DNA of 39,091 nt, taken from sequence record MZ311861.1; one strand, 5' to 3'. The notes beneath the pieces were generated by a model that saw nothing but the letters and a program-made list of their open reading frames with translations, ran no database searches and was not told the origin of the DNA. Made by a program: the position numbers and the translations under genes. Shown here in pieces: positions 17,371-26,500 of the stretch; the stretch's first letter is position 1, and each line of letters begins with the position of its first letter. The stretch is from Escherichia phage vB_EcoP_LNA5.

Positions 17371-17491
17371 CTGTAGGTCTATGACTGTAGGTGTTGGTGT
17401 CTTATGGTTGAGACTGTAGGTTAGTGAGACTGTAGGTTATGACTTATGGTTGTGAGAGGTAGGCTGTGACCTATGGTTGTGACTTATGGTT
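17371..17491. repeat. array of short direct repeats in the genome-terminal region
   Basis: Plus-strand (g)actgtaggt four times and (ga)cttatggtt four times; on the phage strand ACCTACAGT / AACCATAAG, resembling the recalled T7 CCTAAAG repeats near the terminal repetition. Confidence 0.6.
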
Positions 17492-17718
17492 ATACAGATA
17501 GAGACTCAAAGAAGACCCATAGTCCCAACCTATCGTCCTTCCCTAAGCCATAGCCTCAGCCTATCGTTGACCTTAAGTCTTGACCATCTGTCCAACCTTA
17601 TGATAGACTGGCACGGGTAGGGCCTTTGGTCTGGACTGAAAGAGGGCCTATGGGGAGACTTGAGGTTCTTGAAGTGTGAGATGTGGTCTCAAACTTTTGG
17701 TCCAAAACTCATCGTCAC

Positions 17719-17760
17719 TACTGTAGGCCACAGCCACTGTAGGTCAAGGACCGTAGGTCA
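17719..17760. repeat. second cluster of CTGTAGG-type short repeats
   Basis: actgtaggcc, actgtaggtc, ccgtaggtca within 42 bp. Confidence 0.5.
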
Positions 17761-17918
17761 GGCGACACTAGGATAGACCAATAAGTAGGATGACCCTAAG
17801 TGAGCTTCTATTAAGGTGTTACCTAAAGTCCTTGACTACAGTAGCTAAGGTCAGTAGAGTAGCGTCAGCTATGAACTGACCTTAGGTCTTGCTTTCGTTG
17901 ATTGTTACCATTACGGCG

Positions 17919-18077
17919 TTAATTACACTGAGAGACCAGAGAACATACGAGAGTCTCGACCCACCCGACCCACTGACTTCCAGCAGTAGCGCCAGCAGCA
18001 AGTAGAACAGCAGCAAGAAACCTGTATGTAGCTCGATTGGTCGCCAGAGCTTTAAGTACAGCTTTGGTCTTTGCCAT
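17919..18077 (-). CDS. gp19.5-like small protein (52 aa)
   Basis: AGGAGG about 10 nt upstream of ATG; downstream of the phi-OR-position promoter, as gene 19.5 is in T7; hydrophobic segment FLAAVLLAAGATAG. Confidence 0.4.
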   Translation of the reverse strand: MAKTKAVLKALATNRATYRFLAAVLLAAGATAGSQWVGWVETLVCSLVSQCN

Positions 18078-18260
18078 ATGCTACATACCTCCTGTATCTA
18101 TGGTCGGTGACTATCTGTATTGGAGGGATTATGATTAATATCACCCTCCTTCCATCGGTGCAAGCCTTAGGTAAGAACTCGAAGTCTTCCTCCTAAGGTC
18201 TTGCATAAAGTCTGCATATGTATATTCACTACAGTAATACTATAAGTAACCGGGGGTCTT

Positions 18261-18279
18261 CCCTATAGTGATAGTTAAG
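18261..18279 (-). promoter_or_regulatory. phage RNAP promoter (phi-OR position)
   Basis: ccctatagtgatagttaag, about 95 bp past the large terminase stop. Confidence 0.8.
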
Positions 18280-18374
18280 TCCAAACTCCTTGTAAAACAG
18301 TATGTTAGACTGGTAGTAACTATAGGTTACTAACTGCTTATTCATGCAGCTTTCACCTATAGTTATTCATTCAG

Positions 18375-20138
18375 CTAGTGGAACGTAACGTATGACCCTA
18401 GTCCCAGCTCGTCGTCCGTATCGTGAGTTACCCGGACCCCATTGTCCCAGAACTCAGTGTGGATGGACTCGAAGCCTTTCCGTGGGTTCTCCATCTGTTC
18501 CTCCAGCCACTCCTCAGTGACTTCACGTTCGCCTTTGTTGGCATCCTTAGCCATAGACTCAACGAAGAACTGTACACCGATAGCCAGCGCATCAAGTCGG
18601 TCATCGTGTGCCAAGGCTCCACGTTCGCGAGATATACGTGTCATCTGGTAGAAGAGAGAGTAGATAGGGTTACGAACACCATCCTTATCAGAGGCCGACT
18701 GGTAGTCTTGGACGATAGCAGCAGCGTTAACGATAAGTCGGTGAGACCCCATGATAGGCTCCAGAACGTCACAGATGCGGAGTTCCTTCTGACCCTTACT
18801 CTTCACTTCAGTTACAGCAGCAGGATGGATACGGGCCGCTACAGGCTTGAATAGCTCAAGGTACATACCATCGCCGAAGTTACCCTCAATGACGTATTCG
18901 TTGACCTTCCACTTACGACCAATCTTAGCCAGTGCTTCCATCGTTGAGTCCTCATACCCACCGCGCATACCACCAGCTTCCATCACGAAGATGTAGCCGT
19001 TGAGCTGGTACAGAACAGCGTAGCCAGTCTCATCCTTACCACGACCACTAGGGTCAATGACCAGAATCTTCTGAGTGTACGCGCTGAAGGCAGAGCCTAC
19101 AGTCTGATACGTATGGTAGGAATCACCCATGAGTCCAACGTTAGGAACGTCCTCACGCTTGTTCTGAGGGTTCGGCAACCATTGGTAGACCATTGGGCTT
19201 GACTCTGGGTCCAAGTCGGCTACGATAAGGTCACGGAGCTTAAGAGGGTACTTCTCGGCATCACTCAGGTTCGGGTTAAGCATGAACTGTAGAGCGAAGC
19301 CAGCTTTACCGTAGGACAGCTCACGTTCCTTCAGGTCCGTATCATCGAAGCGTACTTCATCAGTCGGACGCCAGTAGAAGGACTCAGGGTCCTCTTCCAG
19401 CTCTGCCTGAAGCATAGGAGCCAGACGGTCGCCGTAAGACTGCCAGTCCTTCCTGTCGCGTGGATAACGAGCGGGCCAGATAGTAGTGGTGTACCCACGA
19501 CCTTCCAGCTCACGGTACAGGGTCATCTCGTTCTGAGGAGTGCCCAGATAGATGATTGTACCTCCCGGCTTCAGGATAGCGTCGAACTCTTTTACAAGCT
19601 CTGACAGACGGTCTCTCGCAGCCTGAGTAGCAGAGTTGTTTGGAACCTCCACGTCATCGGCAATCAGGATGTCAGCACGACTACCAGTCAACTGACCAGT
19701 GATACCAACGGACTTAACCGAAGGTGAGTGGTCTGGCTTGGCTGGACCAACGTCGAAGCTGATAACCGCATCTCGCTGTCCCTGCTTAGGTTTGAGTTCC
19801 TGAAGCTGAGGCATGAGGTCGATGATTCGCTTGATGAATATGGAGTTAGCATCGGCTCGTTCCTTTGAGGCCGACACAATCATGAACTTCAAGTCTGGGT
19901 TGTTCCATAGTTTCCAGACCACGAAACCACAGGTCAGAAACGACTTGCCAATACCACGGAACGCCTGAAGGATGAAGCGGCGATTATCCCCAGCAGCCAG
20001 CTTCTTACACATATCTATCTGGCAGCGGGTTGGAACCGGAAGGCTAAGAGCTTTCCAGAGAACGAAGATGAAGAACACGAAGTCTTCCTTCATACGTGCA
20101 GTCATTAGCGCCTGACGCGCCACTAAGTCTTTACTCAA
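18375..20138 (-). CDS. terminase large subunit gp19
   Basis: Recalled collinear similarity to T7 gp19 (..[39 protein letters not shown].., ..[26 protein letters not shown].., ..[31 protein letters not shown]..). Start codon is TTG (AGGAGGT 6 nt upstream), overlapping the 18.5 stop. Confidence 0.97.
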   Translation of the reverse strand: MSKDLVARQALMTARMKEDFVFFIFVLWKALSLPVPTRCQIDMCKKLAAGDNRRFILQAFRGIGKSFLTCGFVVWKLWNNPDLKFMIVSASKERADANSIFIKRIIDLMPQLQELKPKQGQRDAVISFDVGPAKPDHSPSVKSVGITGQLTGSRADILIADDVEVPNNSATQAARDRLSELVKEFDAILKPGGTIIYLGTPQNEMTLYRELEGRGYTTTIWPARYPRDRKDWQSYGDRLAPMLQAELEEDPESFYWRPTDEVRFDDTDLKERELSYGKAGFALQFMLNPNLSDAEKYPLKLRDLIVADLDPESSPMVYQWLPNPQNKREDVPNVGLMGDSYHTYQTVGSAFSAYTQKILVIDPSGRGKDETGYAVLYQLNGYIFVMEAGGMRGGYEDSTMEALAKIGRKWKVNEYVIEGNFGDGMYLELFKPVAARIHPAAVTEVKSKGQKELRICDVLEPIMGSHRLIVNAAAIVQDYQSASDKDGVRNPIYSLFYQMTRISRERGALAHDDRLDALAIGVQFFVESMAKDANKGEREVTEEWLEEQMENPRKGFESIHTEFWDNGVRVTHDTDDELGLGSYVTFH

Positions 20139-20584
20139 TGCGTCACCTCCTTATCTTGCTGTAAGGCTCTCACAGTGTCCTGAAGGGCCTTAATCCACTT
20201 GTCTCCTTTCACTCCGATGGCGATAAGACGTTTAGCATCTCGTTCATCAAGTTCGGCGTAGTCATCAATGACGCATCGACCGTCACTTTGCGTGGTTCCA
20301 CTCGTGGGCTTGACTCGGATGCGCAGCCGCTTATTGTCAGACTGAAGATCAGCAATAATCCTATCAGTGCTGCCTTCCAGCGAGGACATTTCGTCCTGAA
20401 ACCGTTTGGACACTTTGTTGACTTCAGCTTGGACAGCAAGCCTTGTATCTTCCGATGCCTTAAGATTCGAGGTGTATTCTTCATTTACCTTAGCCTCCCA
20501 CTTATTGTTAGCGGTGTGGTAGCCACCAGCAAACATCACTGCTGCAAGTAACCACGGAGCCGCTCTCTTTAAAAATTCGAGCAT
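20135..20584 (-). CDS. gp18.5 i-spanin (Rz-like)
   Basis: Recalled similarity to T7 gp18.5 (MLEFL..., ..[21 protein letters not shown].., ..ELD.RDAKR..A...KGD.WI.ALQDT.R.LQ); N-terminal TM segment; GGGAGGG upstream. Confidence 0.9.
   Translation of the reverse strand: MLEFLKRAAPWLLAAVMFAGGYHTANNKWEAKVNEEYTSNLKASEDTRLAVQAEVNKVSKRFQDEMSSLEGSTDRIIADLQSDNKRLRIRVKPTSGTTQSDGRCVIDDYAELDERDAKRLIAIGVKGDKWIKALQDTVRALQQDKEVTH
20209..20484 (-). CDS. gp18.7 o-spanin (Rz1-like) embedded in the +1 frame of 18.5; start uncertain
   Basis: Embedded ORF with hydrophobic signal and lipobox (..[14 protein letters not shown]..); the track start gives an implausibly long leader, so the true start is probably an internal or non-ATG codon. 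Confidence 0.5.
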   Translation of the reverse strand: MKNTPRILRHRKIQGLLSKLKSTKCPNGFRTKCPRWKAALIGLLLIFSLTISGCASESSPRVEPRKVTVDASLMTTPNLMNEMLNVLSPSE

Positions 20585-20640
20585 AGTTGCCCTCCCGGTT
20601 TATCAGATTGCACGTAGAGTCTCCTCCACTAGTTAGTGTT

Positions 20641-20680
20641 AACCATAAAGGCCACTACATACAGTAATGACCTTGAGTAT
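20641..20680 (-). promoter_or_regulatory. RNase III-like processing hairpin, class A (R18.5 position)
   Basis: ATACTCAAGGTCA-(13-nt loop)-TGGCCTTTATGGTT on the minus strand; same conserved stem as 4501..4540 and 11479..11520. Confidence 0.55.
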
Positions 20681-20685
20681 AACAC

Positions 20686-20949
20686 TTATTGAACGCCATA
20701 CCCGGTGTCATTATCCTCAGTCGCTGAAAGCACCTTATCGTACTCTGCGTTCAGGGCCTCCATATCAGCCAGCGTCTTCTCGTCAACAGACACCTTGCTT
20801 ATCACAAAGTTGTGACGAGCAAGCAGCTTCTCAATGGCGTTGTAGAGCTGAGGTGAACGCTTAGTGTCATCCCGCAAGTCTTGCAGCATAAGTCGAGCAC
20901 GCTCAGTATCAAGCATCAAGAGGAACTTCTCTAAGTCCATCTGCGTCAT
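20686..20949 (-). CDS. terminase small subunit gp18
   Basis: 87-aa ORF with ..F..MLDT.....ML.DL.D...RSPQLYNAIEKLL.RH.F.ISK.. as recalled for T7 gp18; AAGGAGG upstream; ATGA overlap with the holin stop. Confidence 0.85.
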   Translation of the reverse strand: MTQMDLEKFLLMLDTERARLMLQDLRDDTKRSPQLYNAIEKLLARHNFVISKVSVDEKTLADMEALNAEYDKVLSATEDNDTGYGVQ

Positions 20950-21140
20950 GTTTTACCACCTCCTTTAATCGTTTTATAGACTAGCACACCAATCTGGACA
21001 ACGGTGTACGCGATAGCTGCAACGTAGAACCATTCGTTCAGTGTAAGTCCGAAGAAGAACCGACTGGCACCATCAGCCGCAGCGGTCCCGACGATAGGAG
21101 AGGCTTTAAGGACCTCATTCTTGAAGTCTAACTCAATCAT
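20946..21140 (-). CDS. holin gp17.5
   Basis: 64-aa ORF; ..DF.NE..KA.PIVGT..AD...R.FFGL.LNEWFYVAAIAYTVVQIG matches recalled T7 gp17.5; one TM segment; GGAGG upstream. Confidence 0.9.
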   Translation of the reverse strand: MIELDFKNEVLKASPIVGTAAADGASRFFFGLTLNEWFYVAAIAYTVVQIGVLVYKTIKGGGKT

Positions 21141-21284
21141 AAAACCTCCAGTTTAAAGCGGGTCGTCCGTGACCCAAAGTTGTTATCATACGTTGGTCAA
21201 CGTGTAGTTAGCCTCTACCTCCACAACCTTCGATGATTCAATACCGTTCTGATGATAAATAACCCGCTTCGGCTGAGGTTGTTT

Positions 21285-23465
21285 TTATGATAACGACATC
21301 CTTGAATTGGCGAAAGATAAAGCCTGAGCTTGCGTCGTAAACTCAGCGATGAAAAAGTCACTGAATCTGACCGTAGCTCCCGAACCTCCTCCTGTGGAAA
21401 CGTATAGCGCTACAGTGCCAGTGGTAGATGCCTTTCCTACACCGAAAGTGCTAATCCACTCCCCCTGCTTTGTGTAAACACTACCCATGGTAATACCTGA
21501 CGTTATACTAATATCCGCCGAGCCAGATTGTAGGCGTGAGTTAACTCCCCACACGTACCATCTACCGGATGTAATGGTTGTTCTTGTCGATACCATTTCA
21601 TATAAACCGGCTCCGGGGAATGAAAATTCTGTACATGTAGCGGCATGAAGTCCGTCAGATACAGTCGAACCGTTAACGGTGCCGCTGCCAGAAAAATTAT
21701 AGCTACCTGAGTCAAATGTGATAGCCATTAATTTATTCCCTGTCGGCGTATTAAATACTCTCCCTCTTGTTAAGTTGCCCCTCAGAGATAAGTTTGTGGT
21801 AGCTATCGTTGCAGATTGCGATGCGACGGACTCCACAATAACGTCCTTTCCAGAACTGCCGTTTAAATACACGTCATGGGCTACAATGGTGCTTTGTGCA
21901 TCCACGACAATATCCTGATTGCCATCAGCGTTGTCAAAACGGCAACCATAAGTTACTAAGTTGGAGTTGGATAGCTCGATGTTGTTGAGATAAGAATACT
22001 CAGCAAAGAATATCGCTGTGTCTACCAACTTGAGAACTCGCGGTTTTTGCGCCACGCCGTCTACCTGAACAGCCGGTGATGTTGCGATCGCTTCCATCCA
22101 TATATTGGATACCCCGCATGGAGATGTAGGACAGTCGCCCGATTTACTTTTTAAGTATATCCCGCCACCTCCGGAAGCCTCAATAATGGAGTCTTTAAGC
22201 CACCATGCGCCCCCCCCGCCATTATCGACAGTGCCGTCCAGATAGACTGCATAGGTGGAGATGCCATCGAAGTGGATATTGTAGAGGGTATCGGCCCCGC
22301 AATGCATCTCTGAGCCACTAATCGCGTAATACCCCCAATCACACGTAGATATCCCAATATTTCTCCAAGTATTGCCGATGTTCCCGGAAGGCTTCTGAAT
22401 GGCCTTGTTGATGTTGTGGATGTATACATCACTAAAATTATGACGTCCGGAATATTGGTCTGACGGGTCAAAACTAATACCTACGGCCCCGGTTGTCCCG
22501 GAACCATCTATAGCAAAACCACCACTATGGCGGAATTGCCAATGAGGTGTAGCTAAATTAACCTGAACAGTGTTTGTAAAGTCTGCCGGAGTTTTTAGTA
22601 CCGTGGCCCCGCCAACACCTTTTAACTGCGCGTTTCCAATAGTAACTTTTTCAGTATAATTGCCAGGAGACACCAGTAGATCATTTTTTTGCAAAGATGC
22701 ATCTATAGCTGCCTGCAGTGTTGGAAAGTCTTTTGAGTGCAAAACATCATTGTTGTGCTCAAGTAATGTCCTTTCTCCACTGCCTATGTATTTAGCGCCA
22801 TCGCTATCAGACAGGTTTGCTCTAAGTGACGCATCACCAACACTAACCCACGCACTCATCCCAATACCACCAGATGATTCAGGAGTTGAACCAGCGGGAA
22901 CGTTCTTTGGAAGCATACCATCCCAGCGGTAATAATCACCATCCTCTTCCCATAGCAGGACCTCGTTCCATGTTGTAACGTTGAAGCCTTTCTCGAAGGA
23001 GCTACGGGTAATATAGCCAATTTTACCAGCTGCCTTGATACTCGCAGCGATTCGGCGTGCTTCGTCCTCGCTATCCTTAGCGTTGCCAGCAGAGCTACCA
23101 GCAGCATCGGCATATTCCTTCGCTAAGTCAACCGTTTGGTCTCGACCTTCTTCTGCAATATGGATAGCCTGAAGCTCTGAATTGGTAAGGTCACTAGCTG
23201 TCAACACTGAGCCATTCCTGAAGTCTACCACTAAGTCAGTTCCAGTCTGACGGTGAATACGAACGATGTCGAAACCTGATTGGTCAGCCAACATCTCAAT
23301 CATCGTTGGATTAAGGAATCGGTAATCTCGACCAACTTCCAGTACACGGTTCAGGGTAGGGTTAGAGCTATTCACCAGCGTAACAACAACAAACGTTCTG
23401 GCTAGGTAGTCGAACTCTATCCTGTACTGAGTGTTTCCTGAAGGGAATTGTGTAATCGTGGACAT
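21285..23465 (-). CDS. tail fibre / tailspike gp17: T7-like N-terminal adaptor plus divergent beta-helix-like C-terminal domain
   Basis: N-terminal about 150 aa recalled as T7 gp17-like (..FEYLAR.FVVVTL.., ..DGS.L.A.DLN..Q..H.AEE.RD); remainder is Gly/Ser/Thr/Asn-rich with repetitive strands, typical of right-handed beta-helix tailspikes; AAGGAGG upstream; more AT-rich than flanking genes by eye. Confidence 0.85.
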   Translation of the reverse strand: MSTITQFPSGNTQYRIEFDYLARTFVVVTLVNSSNPTLNRVLEVGRDYRFLNPTMIEMLADQSGFDIVRIHRQTGTDLVVDFRNGSVLTASDLTNSELQAIHIAEEGRDQTVDLAKEYADAAGSSAGNAKDSEDEARRIAASIKAAGKIGYITRSSFEKGFNVTTWNEVLLWEEDGDYYRWDGMLPKNVPAGSTPESSGGIGMSAWVSVGDASLRANLSDSDGAKYIGSGERTLLEHNNDVLHSKDFPTLQAAIDASLQKNDLLVSPGNYTEKVTIGNAQLKGVGGATVLKTPADFTNTVQVNLATPHWQFRHSGGFAIDGSGTTGAVGISFDPSDQYSGRHNFSDVYIHNINKAIQKPSGNIGNTWRNIGISTCDWGYYAISGSEMHCGADTLYNIHFDGISTYAVYLDGTVDNGGGGAWWLKDSIIEASGGGGIYLKSKSGDCPTSPCGVSNIWMEAIATSPAVQVDGVAQKPRVLKLVDTAIFFAEYSYLNNIELSNSNLVTYGCRFDNADGNQDIVVDAQSTIVAHDVYLNGSSGKDVIVESVASQSATIATTNLSLRGNLTRGRVFNTPTGNKLMAITFDSGSYNFSGSGTVNGSTVSDGLHAATCTEFSFPGAGLYEMVSTRTTITSGRWYVWGVNSRLQSGSADISITSGITMGSVYTKQGEWISTFGVGKASTTGTVALYVSTGGGSGATVRFSDFFIAEFTTQAQALSFANSRMSLS

Positions 23466-23515
23466 TATGCCTCCTTTGTGATTTAAACGGAGACCTATGG
23501 TAGCGCCTCCAGTTT

Positions 23516-23533
23516 CCTATAGTGATAGTTTAG
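23516..23533 (-). promoter_or_regulatory. phage RNAP promoter (phi17 position)
   Basis: cctatagtgatagtttag, overlapping the gp16 stop and about 50 bp upstream of the gene 17 ATG. Confidence 0.85.
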
Positions 23534-26500
23534 TCCTTGATGTGGATGCCCTGCTCCTCAAACGTTCCAAGCAGCAACTTCTGGGTAATCGGGTCATTCG
23601 GTACAAGTTCACGGAACGTGTTATACATCCCGGTCATGTAGTCTCGCTCGTTGACACGGGTATCAGCCTTGAGGTATCCCGCCAAGTTGTAAGCCGTCGC
23701 ACCAACGTTAGCAGCATAGCCGAAAGCCGGGACCTGCTCAAGGAAGTTGCCGACAACATTCATTACCGGACCACTGGAAGCAGCACCAAAGGCGATTGGC
23801 TTCTCCGTCTTCTCGGTAGGTGATCGCGGAAGGATTGACGAGCGGAGCATCTTAGTGTCCTCATATCCAGCGATGCCTCCCAGAATGTTGGCGACCCCAA
23901 GAGGACCACCTAAGTGGGAGCTACGGGACAGCGCCGCATAGCCAATCATTGTTGGGTTAAGGGCTTGCTTCAGATACTCTCGGTCACGACCGTCCTGCAT
24001 AGCGTAAGCCTTTATGTGCGCCTGAGCCATGTAGTACATTCCAGCCAGACCCATAGACATAACCGTTGATAGCGCAGCGTCCATAGCTCGGTTGTTCTTG
24101 GTGGCATTGTAGAAGGTACGCATGGTTCGACCGTTGATAGACTTGATAACGAAGTTCTTAAACTGCAAGACAGTCTTCGCTATCGGACCATAAGCCTTGG
24201 CGTCCATGTTGCTCAGCTTGTGGGGGCGGAGCAGGGTCTCATCAGCGATGGTGTCACCCATACGCCAGAGGTCCATAGCCCTTGGGTCCTGACTGAACGC
24301 CTTCTTATCCTTGATGGTGTACTTCCCGTCTGGACCACGAGTCACTGACTCACGGATTAGGGACTTAATGCCCTTCCACTGCTCGTCAGAGATACCAGCG
24401 GTCTTCAGCCAGCGGTCATCGAACTTACGCTTACTACCAGTCAGGCTATGCTCCACGATGTCAGACAGGAAGCCCTGACGTCCAGCATCTAACAGGTAGT
24501 TGGTCGTACCGTTGAGGACTTTAGTGAACGGAGAGCGTACTGCAAGTTCGCCAGTGTAATACTTGGCAGTCCCCAGAGCTGTAGCTGTACCACGACCGAG
24601 GTCACTGTAAGATCGCAGACGGTCAATGACATCCTGTTTAGACGGACGGATTGAGTCATCCAGTTCCTTACCGAAGATAACATTGTGCAGGTCCTTAATC
24701 TCTGAGGCCCCAACCTTCTTGTTACGGAAGGCTAGGTCACGGAAAATTGGGACTCCATGAAGCATTGCACGAACGTTACCACGAGCCAGCATACCACCAA
24801 TCTCCGTTAAGTTCTGAACACCCATGTAGGCATTCTTAGCGAAGAACGATAGGTCTGTCATTGTGCGCATCACGGTAGCGAAGGCCGCATCATCAGCACC
24901 ATCACGTCGAGCACGACCAGTTAGAATCTTCAAAGTGTCACGTAAGGTAGATACTTCACCTTTCAACTTACCGTCATCCCCAGCCTTGTTCATCAGGGTC
25001 TCAACCAAGTCCTTCATGTCCTTCGTGGTCTTGCCTGTACCAGCCATGATAGCAATATCGCCATTAACTCGACGGTTGTAGGCCGGGACAATCTTGTCCA
25101 TGTCCCACTCACGCAGGTTGTTGACACTGAAGGTCTGACCGTTAGGTAGGACGATTGACATATCGCTATCGAACAGGTTACGAGCCTCAAGGAAGCTGTT
25201 GTTCTCCAGACCCACCAGACCATTGATGTTCTCTTCCATTACGGATGAACGCTCGAACTGCTCGGTGTGAGAGATACCATAAGCCTTATCGTTGGCGTAC
25301 TTATCAACCGCAGCCGCAAGTCCTTCTGGAGTCAACGTAGGGTCAGCCTCTAAGAGTGCCTCGTCCACACGTTTCTTGACTTCAGGTCGAGACGCATAGC
25401 TGGTCAACCATGACTTCTTGATGGCCTCCTGTAGTGCCTCTGGACTCCCAAGCTCCTTGATGTACAGCTCCTTCATCTGGTTGCTATACACATGCGGGAC
25501 GTATGTTCCCTTGAAGCGGCTACCCGGAAAGATAGACTGAGCGTCTGGGCGACCAAACATCGCCGGGTTCTCCATCATCTCACGCTTGGCGTCAAACTGG
25601 TTCTTCAGCAGGTCATAGACTTTCAGTTCTCCCGGAGTCAATTCAGCCTTCAGGTTTCCGCTACCATCTTCGATAGCCATAGACACGCGCTGATAGATGT
25701 CTTGACGGAATGCGCCAGAGTCTCGCCAGAATGCTGTCTGGAAGTACGGGTCCTTTAGTGCCTCAGTAACCGCATCGTCGATGTCATTGTAGAACCGATG
25801 GTCCACAGCACGAAGTCTCTCGAATACGTCTGACGCAGTTGTCCCTATTTTACCTGAGGCCCCAGACTGCATACCAGTCGGTGAACGTACTAAGTCAGCA
25901 GCTACTCCACGAATCTCAGGGTTCTCGGACCGAAGCAGCTTCAGGCCAATCTCAGTCAGCCCACCAAGGTTCACACCAGCAGCGGCACGTTCAGGCTCAA
26001 TCACTTCGTCAAAGACTTTACGTGTCTTAGGGTTCAGAGGATTCTCACCAATCAGGATTGAACCATCTTCCAGTCGTACACTACCCGGCTCGTTCGGAAC
26101 GTCTGCGAACTTAACACCTTGATGACTAAAGGTCTCCTCTCCTTCACGGATTGGCATACGCGACAGGTCCTGACCATCAACATTACGTGCAGTCTCACGG
26201 GCTTCCAGACGTGTGGCTGGTCCGGCGAACTCGTTGGTTGACTTGCCTAAGGCCTTGCCGATAGCGTCCCCGATAGCTGTCATTCCCCCACCGAAGAGAG
26301 CACCGCCCATAATTGCCTCAGCCACATGAGCGTCCCCACCAGCAACTGAGGTTCGAGCAATCTCGGATGCCCCAGCCATAGCACCAGACTGAGCAGCCAC
26401 AGTGAACATCTTGTTGACTAGCTTCCCACCTTTACCTACCTGCCCAGCAATAGGAACGTAGGTCAGAGGGTCCACGCCAGCACCAATCACACCAGCCGCC

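Noticed and set aside
18347-18363. Partial phage-promoter-like sequence acctatagttattcat
   Set aside because: Three mismatches to the window consensus, including at otherwise invariant positions.
21245-21275. Possible terminator hairpin after the tail fibre gene (CCGCTTCGG mini-palindrome)
   Set aside because: Only a 3-bp stem with a 3-nt loop and no proper U-tract on the coding strand.
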